Shown here: piece after piece, positions 30,001 to 37,663 of the stretch
How positions within the stretch are numbered: the stretch's first letter is position 1
Layout of the letters: each line of letters opens with the position of its first letter
IMG/VR virus record: IMGVR_UViG_3300025674_000028
Span: 1-64,000 of that record
Strand: one strand, 5' to 3'
From: a virus
DNA length: 64,000 bases
Program-made: the position numbers and the translations under genes
The notes under the pieces: model-generated
What the model was told of the DNA's origin: nothing
The model's database searches: none
Seen by the model: the letters and a program-made list of their open reading frames with translations, nothing else

Positions 30001-30664
30001 GGATTGATTTGCTGCTCTTGTACAGCAGCTTAAAGTCAGGATCGTCACCCGTGCGGTCAAACAAGACTTTAAAGCTGCGCACGTTGCTTGATGTCGCCGG
30101 GTCAACGTTAAACTCAGTGACGATGTCGCCTGACTCGTTCGTGCGCGTAAATACACCAGGCTTACGACGCCACTGATGCATCATGAAGCGTTTTTTCCCG
30201 TCGACAATAAACGATCGGTCAAAGACCGGCGTCGGAATCTGACCAAGCTGCACTCTCTTGCTGCTGACCACCTTGCCTGTCTTGGTATCAACCACTTCAA
30301 AGTCACCAAAGGCGCGGACGCCATATGTCGACTTCACGCGGCCCTTTGGCTCTCGCAGCGTTTGATAGATTTTTTTGTAGTCTCTAGGGTCTGGGATGTC
30401 TGTGTGTTGGATGTCGCCCTTTAGTCTAAGACTGTACCTCCCGCCTTCAATCGGTTGATCGTAGGTCCGCTGCATCGCTTGCACGACCTCTTTCACCACA
30501 GTCTCTGCGGTCTCTGCGGGGTCAGGCAAGCTGCGAAAGGTTTCTAGAAATTCTTGACGCTGAGGGCTGACCGCTGTCGCTTCTGACAGCTTCTCTACAA
30601 ATGACTGCTCTTCCGCATCCCACAATACTACGTCGCTCTCAGGCGTATCTGGAAAGTCAGTCAT
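24026..30664 (-). CDS. rpoBC: DNA-directed RNA polymerase, beta-beta' single-chain fusion (start revised to ATG 30664)
   Basis: Beta motifs: FIVDG..RRKPGVF, PVHTPESG, LIPF..QSVPL, FEDSITVS, GDKVYGRHANK, YILKAKH, GAQSLGE. Beta' motifs follow in frame: GGLFD, RDPVLH, GADNDGD, HGAR..GYLT, RSPATC..CQKC, QAIGERSTQLTLSTFHAGG. GAGG SD before 30664. Confidence 0.96.
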   Translation of the reverse strand: MTDFPDTPESDVVLWDAEEQSFVEKLSEATAVSPQRQEFLETFRSLPDPAETAETVVKEVVQAMQRTYDQPIEGGRYSLRLKGDIQHTDIPDPRDYKKIYQTLREPKGRVKSTYGVRAFGDFEVVDTKTGKVVSSKRVQLGQIPTPVFDRSFIVDGKKRFMMHQWRRKPGVFTRTNESGDIVTEFNVDPATSSNVRSFKVLFDRTGDDPDFKLLYKSSKSIPVWDIAKLLGAKNEDLEKAVGKKTAKAIISQSTDERFEKSMRNLYGQVFPRYKRQKDDIEFDAVITQLKDQFNTSRVDPSITAVTLGTKSDRISAKTLLASFSRLQQVANGEPEDDRESIALKKIYSPADLLAESVGRESTVRKYVRGIESRLRRYTDNKTPIKVDQLIGSPFEKNIKGRASTSMVQRTDTSTTPLDAFGQATSTTIMGEGAIGAEMAIPKDAKLLNPGSVGFLDPVHTPESGRAGVILNVPIRTRIVKDTSSVTDRNIGHSKLMADMLSPSGRSVDVSPDKLVGKVIGAFDQWTKDGGKFKPKVDAQGMVKGWRDGEIVRVKPSEVAYYLKDSASLFDTNSALIPFVNSIQGGRIGYSDKQTTQSVPLLRREAPLVQTKFDGVTHSTETLLAEEAGAVRSAYDGVVKRIVDKDKGERYIEILPKGKRKTVQIALPKNLMLGGGAPLDSTPTVKVGDEIKKGDLLADSTFTKDGVLAMGVNLKTAYLPYHTSTFEDSITVSQSAADKMASLHMYEEGAASDTMRLGKKFWRKTVSTPLPTDIDTKLDDDGVIKVGTIIEPGDLYLVGHQSDALAGKEMLERTKQVGLYKTQDRRGAKRARRFFEKRWDHSHGGEVVDVAKERDRDGNVIGAKVYVKTVEPMEVGDKVYGRHANKATIAEIVPDDEMPRNSAGEHLEILYNPAAVTGRINPSQNFETFLGKIAKKAGAPEIVENYKYESNWDFVAQKLKEAGVADGEDLYDPRSGKTLKSIGVGNQYILKAKHQVDHKSKGRGVGTFQESGLASKGKDGAQSLGELGTYGLLAQDAREFLRSAQLYSSEDRPEVWDALAAGRPLPPGRVPGAFVRFQNYLKAAGIDVERSAKHSELRMKPLTDRDVLIMSKTNGQDNVIARPTRTVSARTMSPDKGGLFDPKATGGRGGQRWSRFELSQNIPNPVYENGIRDVLGLKKKQFENIMAGIEGVKDGDKEIYGAAAVEYMLKNVDLKSVRKQAYDVAKNDKKASKRSSAYRTIKTIDMLERNKLSPAEAFMRKQVLVLPANMRDFKIDKDSGDFVVGDVNYLYRDLAMIDEQLKDAKKRKLPQKVISELESGLYAGMLQLMQTEGSAPLSGAEYQGIVGTITGRRPVTNGREVGDLKQSLLKKTLVQRRQVLSGRTVIGPNGDLDIDEIALPRNLAVKVYRPMLEAEYKKSHPQWKTTVGRDKLRRFNKALGEYASDGKKDKEVDRILERTVKTNWVALKRDPVLHKYGFQGFRTRLTDEKTIQLNPLVYGGFGADNDGDTMAVFAPVSKAANRELKEKLRPQANLFSLASGDLAYTLSHEAILGLNRITRNPVQKKPVGSFSKVGDARKAFIEDKIDVNDLITVGGQRTTLGRSLVNQALPAGMTLDSLQSAGIVSQNYGDIGLSKKDIKKLTTHIAVKTPEAFGGAANRLRTLGAEQATLTGTTLLMEDFKPVLKKEREAAEKTLLKKLQIAKATSRTQNEHQRAIRGIFDDVLGKLNKRGMNVLKGRITSQPTQRSNVNAELTFSGARVKPVQLQQVMMGAGAVLDGRGDVVGTPIMKSYTEGLDATGYWGTLHGARMGTVSKVIEVQDPGYLTKQLINTAMDMTVTVEDCGTKSGVDVDINRPEDDLEGRFLASSVKSGNKSWNRNRLVDGNVLSFMRQKGQGKIKVRSPATCEAEEGVCQKCVGALPNGKTLPIGNNFGILASQAIGERSTQLTLSTFHAGGVYEPGDTSTAKNLFQEASALLRMPGTMGGQKAVVSPVAGKVDTIKRNREKGGWDLKIQTAGNAPNPTIFLPGNRNAPDGYDAPRFYKKGRRIGKGDVLTDGLANPKEILDATGDMEKVRGYLTNRLGNLFAEKGVLRRNVEGVVRAMTGTVEVADPGGADLLPGQKIPEAQAKKLHKTFKNLTVRPLLRGVDVAPREYREDFLARFNYNNLRQVLTDAAQTGATSNYHSTHPIPALTYAAEFNRASKAGGARNKQGDY

Positions 30665-30677
30665 GTTGTCCTCTTTG

Positions 30678-32948
30678 TTAGAAATTTGAGCCGTAGTCTC
30701 GAGTCTCTGCTCGGTTATGGCCCTTAGCGTAAACAGACCTTTCGCCCATGTATGCCTGGCCCATGTAAAGCTGAGATTGGACAGCAGTGGCGATATCCAT
30801 GCCCATGTCATCCTGAATCTGCTGAATCATACCAGGCCAGTGCATAGGGTCTACATTGCCAAACATTCTGACAAGCCGGGCAACATAATCACTGTCATCA
30901 TCGTTAGAAGACGGTGAAGGCTCTGGAGTTGCGTTTGGGTCGTTTACAAAATCCCCCAGCAACATTTTCACAGCTTGTGGATCTACAGCATCCAGAGTCA
31001 TCTGCGCACTTTGATCTGCTGCTGCTTGAGGAGCGACCATTTGAGGGATAGGCGTCTGCGGCGTCTCTGACTGTATTGCCCTGTTAGACAGTTGAGACAC
31101 TTCCGCGCTGTTGGGTCCAAAGATAGACGCAGCGAGCTCAGGACTGGCCATGACATGCTGGTACATCTGCGGATCTGACCGAACGCGCTCAGCCAACTTC
31201 TTCGCCTCTTCCAGCATCGTCTCCTGGCCTTTAACTTGACCTTCGGCTTGCCCCATCGTCTGACGCAACATGATCTCCTGCTGCGTTCTGGCGTCAAGCT
31301 TCATGCGGTTGCGCTGCAACTCCATCTCAAACATGACATCTTCACGGATGTCTTGACGCTCAGATTCTGTGTCAATACGAAGCAAACGGTGAAGACGTCG
31401 TGTACCGACGGCATACTGGCCTTTGAGTGATGCGATCATCTGAATAAAGGGCAAGTCCTGACCGAGTCGGAATTCGTCAAATTCAACAATGACGTCTGGC
31501 CACCCCATCACTTCACAAATCCTACGCACGACCCACTTATTCATCGCCAATAGGTCTGCTCGATAGTCCTCCAGCTTTTTAATCATCTGCTGGATGCTGA
31601 CGTCGCTTCCACTGTAAGACAAGCCGCCGAAGATAAACTCAATAGGACATTCAAGCGCTGCACACAGAATCTCCATGTACACTCTGATTTCAGACGACAA
31701 CAGCAGCGCTTTACCATCCCCGCCTACCCTGGTCGAGGCTACAGGAAATGGCATGACGGGGCGGTAGTTTGGATCTTGCCTGTGCTGGGCCAACTCGCCT
31801 CGGATGACGTCCATGTAGTTTGCGACGTTGATCATCTCAAACAAGTTGCCACTTCGCGCCGAAGACTCTGGATAGACAATGTCTAGGGGGTAGATGTGCA
31901 GGTTACTGATCGATTCGCTGGCACGCTGAAGCTGCCGCATTTGCCAGTAGTCTTTGAGACTCGACAGGAATGCGGGCATGGGCAGGCCGTGCTTCGCAAA
32001 CTCCAAGTGGACATTGCGCATCAGGTAAAACTGGTCATCGCGCAACTTGACAAAGGGCTTGTCAGACATCCACCCGCCATATCGACGCAATCCCAGTGCT
32101 GCTTCAATGTATGCCTGAGGCTGGCGCAAGATAAACGCCCGATCCCCGTACTCCTTCGAGCGCAGCCGCTCAATGGTATGCGAGTCGATCTTTAAGTAGA
32201 CATCGACATCGTCGCCAGCACCACTTTTGAGCGTATGGACCATGCTCATGTCTGGGACGCTCAGCTTCACGTCGTGCGGGGAACGGATGTAGCGATCCGT
32301 CACCATTTTTGGGCCTTTGCTACTGCAATGTATGCAGCACGCCTCAAATCGTCCGTCTTCCTTCAATTCCCAGTCCGATTGATCAGCCCTAAAGGTCTTC
32401 GTGCAATCTGGACAGGTCAGCATCTTAATGAAGGGGAAATGTATTTGGACGACACTGCTGCTGTACGTCCAAAACTGAACCCCCACGCGCTGATTAAACT
32501 TCTTAAGGCGCAAGTGATCGTCTAAGAGGGCCCGCACTCGATCAGTCAACGCATCCTCTGGCATTGCAAAGGAGTCAGTGCGTTCCTCACGGACCTTTTG
32601 ACCTCTACGGGGTGTGTGCCGCTTACTCTTTATGACTGGATCAGTGGCGGGCAGGCACGCCATGTTTCGCACAAACGCTTTGTGGACAGGTGACCATATT
32701 GCCAGAAATTTACACAGCTTAAACATCTCCTGAGGGTCTTCAGGGATGGATAAGTTAGACAGGTCTGTAAAGGGCGAACTGCTGGGCACAAACCCGCCAA
32801 CGGAAGCGGCACCAGACCCTACTGTCGGCGAAGCGTTGTAGCCATTGCTTACATACTCAGAAAGGCTATCATTCATGCCTCGAGGAGACAGTCCAGTGCG
32901 AGGCAGCCTGGGCTTGTTTAATGCGGGCGGTCCTACGATGTTTGCCAC
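30678..32948 (-). CDS. Portal protein with Zn-ribbon insertion
   Basis: 756 aa; portal-like layout (GLP-like motif, CPIEFIFGGLSYSGS, VEFDEF, coiled-coil C-terminus); CPDC...CIHC insert; GAGGTG SD before GTG. Confidence 0.75.
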   Translation of the reverse strand: MANIVGPPALNKPRLPRTGLSPRGMNDSLSEYVSNGYNASPTVGSGAASVGGFVPSSSPFTDLSNLSIPEDPQEMFKLCKFLAIWSPVHKAFVRNMACLPATDPVIKSKRHTPRRGQKVREERTDSFAMPEDALTDRVRALLDDHLRLKKFNQRVGVQFWTYSSSVVQIHFPFIKMLTCPDCTKTFRADQSDWELKEDGRFEACCIHCSSKGPKMVTDRYIRSPHDVKLSVPDMSMVHTLKSGAGDDVDVYLKIDSHTIERLRSKEYGDRAFILRQPQAYIEAALGLRRYGGWMSDKPFVKLRDDQFYLMRNVHLEFAKHGLPMPAFLSSLKDYWQMRQLQRASESISNLHIYPLDIVYPESSARSGNLFEMINVANYMDVIRGELAQHRQDPNYRPVMPFPVASTRVGGDGKALLLSSEIRVYMEILCAALECPIEFIFGGLSYSGSDVSIQQMIKKLEDYRADLLAMNKWVVRRICEVMGWPDVIVEFDEFRLGQDLPFIQMIASLKGQYAVGTRRLHRLLRIDTESERQDIREDVMFEMELQRNRMKLDARTQQEIMLRQTMGQAEGQVKGQETMLEEAKKLAERVRSDPQMYQHVMASPELAASIFGPNSAEVSQLSNRAIQSETPQTPIPQMVAPQAAADQSAQMTLDAVDPQAVKMLLGDFVNDPNATPEPSPSSNDDDSDYVARLVRMFGNVDPMHWPGMIQQIQDDMGMDIATAVQSQLYMGQAYMGERSVYAKGHNRAETRDYGSNF

Positions 32949-32952
32949 AATA

Positions 32953-33840
32953 TCACCTCATAGCCTCGGCAATCTGCTCTGATAGCTTTTCAAGCACCAA
33001 CTCACGAGCAACTTCTCCTCGATGGTACAACTGATTAAAGCGCCCATGGAAGTCGAGTACTCGAATAACTTGTATTCTCGTAATCAGCTCTCGCTCTGAA
33101 ATACCTTCTTCATCAGGGTCAGCTGCATCGTCACTGCCTTTTTGATCTATCAACAAGCCAATGACGCGCTTTTGGACGGCATCAACGTCTGCTCTACCGA
33201 CTGGTATGCGCAAATACTGGAGGTTTTGATATACAGCGTCTTGCGCCATTGCCAAGATCTCTGGCAGGCACCACGTCCCGTGGTATAGACAACATGAAGC
33301 AATGGCGCCCATCACCTGATCGGAGAAGCCGTGCGGTCTAAACTCCAAGGCAATGTGGGCGGCAATAGCTATCTCAACGGGCGTCGGCACACACATCTCG
33401 CCCCACTTCACAGGGCGCCCCATAAGCGCACACGTCATGAACAAAAAGCTGTTCCAGTCGCGGTAAAAGGGGTTGTTGTGAAGAGGGGCGCGCAAGAGGC
33501 ACCAGAGCGCCATCAACTTACTGTGTCCCGGTCCGTCGAAAAAGTAATTGTCTTTTGCAAGCTCTTCGACAAGGACTTCCCATTCGTGCATCCACCACTG
33601 TTTGCCCAGCTTCGCGACAAGCAAGTAATACAGAGCCTCGCATGGAATGCGACCGACCCTGCGCCGAGACTCGTCGTCAGTCAGCTGTTCTAGCGCAATC
33701 TCTTCTTCGGAGTCGTCACGAGACAGGTCTACTTCCCAATCAAAGTGCACTACTTCGACGGGCGCAACACCAGTAAAAGGGTCTTCACCGTGCTTCTGGC
33801 GCACGCGCTCCAAAGCATCCTGAGGAGTAATTTCAACCAT
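32953..33840 (-). CDS. Hypothetical protein (head gene cluster)
   Basis: 295 aa; AAGGAG SD; directly upstream of the portal. Confidence 0.7.
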   Translation of the reverse strand: MVEITPQDALERVRQKHGEDPFTGVAPVEVVHFDWEVDLSRDDSEEEIALEQLTDDESRRRVGRIPCEALYYLLVAKLGKQWWMHEWEVLVEELAKDNYFFDGPGHSKLMALWCLLRAPLHNNPFYRDWNSFLFMTCALMGRPVKWGEMCVPTPVEIAIAAHIALEFRPHGFSDQVMGAIASCCLYHGTWCLPEILAMAQDAVYQNLQYLRIPVGRADVDAVQKRVIGLLIDQKGSDDAADPDEEGISERELITRIQVIRVLDFHGRFNQLYHRGEVARELVLEKLSEQIAEAMR

Positions 33841-33853
33841 GTTTTAGCGCTCC

Positions 33854-35092
33854 TTACGGACGCGCAGTGGGGCTTGGATACAAACGACCGCCACGGATAC
33901 GTTCGTTCATAAAGTTTGCCATCCAACGCTTCCCAGCTGCCGACAATTTTTCAAATGTGGCGATAGGGTCGGTGCGCAAGCCTTGTACGACATCGCTGCT
34001 GAAGATTTCTTTGACGTGCCTCAGGGGCATCAGCTCCAGCTGGTCAAAATCGCATTCTCGGAGAATGATTGCGCCTTCAGAGTAAACAACTGGACTGGCA
34101 GGCTTAGCCGACTGTTTTTCCATTGCGGTTGGAAAAAACACACTGAACGCAGGAGTGACTTTATCCTGGATGCCTAATGCTTCGTCTAAGCCAGACATCT
34201 GCATCGCAACGGATATGCCCTCTTCAATCGTCCACGGCGCGCTTCGCTTTTCCACTGTTGAAAGCAATCCTTCATACGCCGCAATGAGCCTATCGCCATT
34301 AGTCACAGTGTCAGCTGACAATTTGACTTGATCCAGCGCCTCTCTTCGCTCATCAACCATGTACGCGGCGTCCTGCCTGACACTCGTCAGGTCATGGGCG
34401 TGCTTCATCAGGCTGCGATGATATGTTTTTCCCACGCGGCTACGAATAGGATCTATTCCAAAATGCAGGTACCCGTCTATGAGTCCTACAGCCATAGTGT
34501 GCCGGGCGTAAGACGACAATTTGTGGGCGTTGCGATCAAGCCATAGGTGCGCGTCCTTTAAGTCAGATACTTTACGCACGGGCACAGAAACGTCCTGGCT
34601 GTCACGCAGCAGAGGATTTGCCGAGACTTTAATGAAGAACTCGACAGGGCCCTTGCCCTTTGTGCTCTTTTTTTGAAGAGAACGTGCAATGTTGAAGTCA
34701 GCATCCCATTCACTGTTCCACGCCCAATAACGACGTGCAGTGCCAGAGCAAACCATTTTTAGTTCGCGGGGAGCTTCAACCTGCATTTCACTCAGCCTGT
34801 TTACAAGCAATTTTGCTGCAGCTCCTGCCATGTCTGATGGGATGGCATCGTGAAGTCCCACTACGACCCCTGCACTGTGCTTTGCTAACGCGGCGGTGGC
34901 CATAGGTAACAGCCTGTGGACAGTGCCAGTTGGGCCGTGGCAAATCAGCGCAAACTCAGAGTCTGGCAAAGTTTCAAGTAAATCCTGAACCTCAGCGCTG
35001 CTGATCTTCAACATCGCGCTGTCTACTTCCCAGGGTAAGTTACAGAAACCATCATATGAGACATTTGCCCGTGGTGCGTCTGGTTGCTTCAT
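33854..35092 (-). CDS. Putative head-associated protein
   Basis: 412 aa with dense KxS motifs (LKISS, AKHSA, IKVSA, VKLSA, EKRSA, EKQSA, EKLSA). Confidence 0.6.
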   Translation of the reverse strand: MKQPDAPRANVSYDGFCNLPWEVDSAMLKISSAEVQDLLETLPDSEFALICHGPTGTVHRLLPMATAALAKHSAGVVVGLHDAIPSDMAGAAAKLLVNRLSEMQVEAPRELKMVCSGTARRYWAWNSEWDADFNIARSLQKKSTKGKGPVEFFIKVSANPLLRDSQDVSVPVRKVSDLKDAHLWLDRNAHKLSSYARHTMAVGLIDGYLHFGIDPIRSRVGKTYHRSLMKHAHDLTSVRQDAAYMVDERREALDQVKLSADTVTNGDRLIAAYEGLLSTVEKRSAPWTIEEGISVAMQMSGLDEALGIQDKVTPAFSVFFPTAMEKQSAKPASPVVYSEGAIILRECDFDQLELMPLRHVKEIFSSDVVQGLRTDPIATFEKLSAAGKRWMANFMNERIRGGRLYPSPTARP

Positions 35093-35168
35093 CGTTTTTT
35101 GGCTCCGAATTAGACGTCGTGCGGCAGCCCATCGCAGGCTTACAGATCAGTAGAGTACACGAAACTGT

Positions 35169-35196
35169 TTTTGGACATAAGACCATTGACCGCACA
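35169..35196 (+). promoter_or_regulatory. Putative phage promoter heading the replication block
   Basis: 28-bp exact repeat of 7942-7969, located at the strand switch. Confidence 0.75.
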
Positions 35197-35240
35197 CGCC
35201 GACCTGCGTGTGCACTTTGTAAACCACAGAGGAGAAGACA

Positions 35241-36011
35241 ATGGCAAACATTACTAATCTCAGCAACCGAGGGCTGAGTGAGGGCACGGGAAGCCAAGTG
35301 GGTACGTTTATCCCAAAGGAAAAGTTGTTTAACCTTTACACACAGACGCTGGCCGAGGCTCACCAGATCCGAGACCAGATGAAGTCTGTACCGCCCTCAG
35401 AGCCTCAATTCAAGGCACTGAAGACGAGATACGACTCGGCGCAGCAACGCCTTGTCGGACTCCAAGTGCTCGTTGACAAGCACGGATGGGCCAACGACTT
35501 GAAGAAGTACGCGGGCATCCAGCTGGCGCACGTCTACAACGTCGGCAGCCGGCAGCCGACAAGCCTCACAAGGTCAACGTCGGCGACCATGGACAGCCTT
35601 CGCCAGAAGTATGTCAACGACCCCGTCCGATGGACGACTGCCTTGCAGGAGGGGGAGCAAGCGATAAGTGAGGGGACTCAGTCTAATCAGCAGACGCTGC
35701 CAACCATCAGCCCGCAACTCCAAGGCACGGTGCAACTGAACAACTCAGGCGCGCAGATGGTCAGCGGCATGAACGCCGACTTTGCGCGACTGGCAAACAG
35801 CCAGCCTGCGCGACTGAACCTGATGCCTCCTGGCGCGGGTCGCGACAGCGTTGACTTCCTGAACATCTTCGTCGTCAATGGTCTTGCAGCAGGCATGACG
35901 TGGGCGGTGAACAAGATGGCGCAGGGTCACAACTTCTTTGCACCGACCACGCCGGCCCACGAGATGCACTTCCAGCAGCACTACTTCAAAACCGTCACCG
36001 GCAACGAGTGA
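35241..36011 (+). CDS. Gln-rich putative early protein
   Basis: GAGGAG SD; first gene after the promoter repeat. Confidence 0.75.
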   Translation: MANITNLSNRGLSEGTGSQVGTFIPKEKLFNLYTQTLAEAHQIRDQMKSVPPSEPQFKALKTRYDSAQQRLVGLQVLVDKHGWANDLKKYAGIQLAHVYNVGSRQPTSLTRSTSATMDSLRQKYVNDPVRWTTALQEGEQAISEGTQSNQQTLPTISPQLQGTVQLNNSGAQMVSGMNADFARLANSQPARLNLMPPGAGRDSVDFLNIFVVNGLAAGMTWAVNKMAQGHNFFAPTTPAHEMHFQQHYFKTVTGNE

Positions 36012-36022
36012 CATTCCTGACA

Positions 36023-36060
36023 TGCACCCCCCTTCGTCCTGTTGGGGCGAAGGGGGTGCA
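36023..36060 (+). other. Strong intergenic stem-loop (processing, stability or termination)
   Basis: TGCACCCCCCTTCGTCCT-GTT-GGGGCGAAGGGGGTGCA; no U-tract. Confidence 0.6.
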
Positions 36061-36083
36061 CAAGCATCTCCATGAGGTTTTAC

Positions 36084-36248
36084 ATGTCAAACCCTTTCAG
36101 TCCCTTCTTTACGGATGCGACACGCCAGATTTCCCAGCAGCAGTTGATGGCAATGCTGATGCGCATTGAGCAGAGACTTGCTGCGATCGAAAAAAGACTG
36201 GAGCAAATCCAGGCACAGCAAAACTCAAAACCGCAGGAGACAAAATGA
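36084..36248 (+). CDS. Small coiled-coil protein
   Basis: GAGGT SD before ATG 36084; LMRIEQRLAAIEKRLEQI heptads. Confidence 0.6.
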   Translation: MSNPFSPFFTDATRQISQQQLMAMLMRIEQRLAAIEKRLEQIQAQQNSKPQETK

Positions 36249-37360
36249 CAACCGACGATGGCCGTGCTGATGCATGGAAAGGACATTACAAAGCCTGGCG
36301 CCACTGCCTCCGCTGTAAAAACGCTGATTGGCGCTGTCACCATGACCCCGACATCAACAAGCGCGCTACACCAACTCCAATGGCGGGATCACTGAAGACA
36401 TATACGAACTGGCGCAAGCCAAAAATTGTCAATCAGTTTCCGATCGTCTTGCTTCTACCTTTCCCGGACAGCGTTCAATCTTACTACGCCAGTCCTGTCG
36501 GCAACGTCAAAGACAATAAGGAAGAGTGGTCTCCTCAACTCCACGCACTTGTCAGCGTATGGGGTGATTTGGAAGGCAAGCTGCCTTACGACCTCGCAGA
36601 AATCCCCATCGTCTTTGCGTTAGGGTGTCGTCCCGTCAATTGGCGCCGGACGCGCGACGTTGTAGGTCCAAGTCAAACCATCCTGTCGTCGTGTCGGCGC
36701 AGATGGCAGGAGCAACTGCTGATGATTGACCCTGCGCTCGTGATTTCGTTTGGCCACTGGGGGCACGCGACTCTCTTTCCAAACGAAATGAAGAAAGGCG
36801 ACTACAGCGATTCTTTGGGCGAAGTCAAGACATTCTCAATTCCCTCTCCAAAGGGCAGTGTCAGTTACCCTGCCTATATTGCATATGATCCATATGTCGT
36901 TGCCGACAGAGCTCGAAATGACCAGTGGACGCGGCCCTTTAGTGCCCTCCCCACGTCATCGTCTGCCAAGCACCCCGTCGAGGCTTTACGCTGGGATATT
37001 TGGAGAGCCTGTTGGCTAGGCAAGGTTTTGGAGTTGTCTTCGCATGGGGAGTTTACCTTGCCGGGCGTTGATGAGGGACTGGATGAGTGGGTATCTATGG
37101 TCACTGCGCTAAACGACTTTTATGACGGACGAGACCATGTGACGGATGCAGTCAGTCAAGTTGAAGGGTATGTTGACTATCTGACAAAGGTTGAGACATC
37201 GCCCCAGAATGTGCGCCTAGCACAGTTGGGTGAGATACCTGCCGAACGGCCTAAGACACACATCTTTAACAAGATCGGCGCGCACCGTAAAAGAAGCATG
37301 AACGCAGATATGGAGGACTTCGACGATGGAGATTCCACAAGCCCTTCGACGCAAAGTTAA
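36245..37360 (+). CDS. Uracil-DNA glycosylase family 4-like protein, degenerate active site
   Basis: CLRC...CRP...C cluster ligands and QLLMIDPALVISFG motif; GE(A/G)PG and HP motifs absent. Confidence 0.7.
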   Translation: MTTDDGRADAWKGHYKAWRHCLRCKNADWRCHHDPDINKRATPTPMAGSLKTYTNWRKPKIVNQFPIVLLLPFPDSVQSYYASPVGNVKDNKEEWSPQLHALVSVWGDLEGKLPYDLAEIPIVFALGCRPVNWRRTRDVVGPSQTILSSCRRRWQEQLLMIDPALVISFGHWGHATLFPNEMKKGDYSDSLGEVKTFSIPSPKGSVSYPAYIAYDPYVVADRARNDQWTRPFSALPTSSSAKHPVEALRWDIWRACWLGKVLELSSHGEFTLPGVDEGLDEWVSMVTALNDFYDGRDHVTDAVSQVEGYVDYLTKVETSPQNVRLAQLGEIPAERPKTHIFNKIGAHRKRSMNADMEDFDDGDSTSPSTQS

Positions 37361-37649
37361 GCCTGCCCTTAAGCGCCTAGCCTTACTGGGCGTGATGGTG
37401 TGGAGACTTAAGAAAAGTCCACTGAGGCAAAAGCAACAACTTCGTAAGGATTTGCGTCAGGCTGGACACGACTTGCTCAACAACGTGCTCGCTGTTCTTG
37501 ACCCATTCTTAGATACTGTCGCTTCCTTTGAGTTTGATGAGTTGCAGGTACATCTTAAGAAAGAAGATGGTGACTCAATCAAAGTGTACGTCGAGATTTG
37601 CGGTGAACACCGCATACTGACGACGACCTGGCAGTTTGATGCCCTCTAA
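37326..37649 (+). CDS. Hypothetical protein
   Basis: GGAGG upstream; fills the operon gap. Confidence 0.55.
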   Translation: MEIPQALRRKVKPALKRLALLGVMVWRLKKSPLRQKQQLRKDLRQAGHDLLNNVLAVLDPFLDTVASFEFDELQVHLKKEDGDSIKVYVEICGEHRILTTTWQFDAL

Positions 37650-37663
37650 ATTTAGGAGTCCAA

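Noticed and set aside
24026-30664. Bacterial chromosomal rpoBC locus
   Set aside because: It is flanked by portal and baseplate genes rather than ribosomal protein genes, and its motifs are strongly divergent.
30665-30811. RNAP start at 30811
   Set aside because: It overlaps the portal gene; ATG 30664 has a GAGG SD just after the portal stop.
35093-35168. A late-promoter consensus upstream of minus-strand structural operons
   Set aside because: Only a weak TGTAC similarity with 17473-17500; too little to support a motif.
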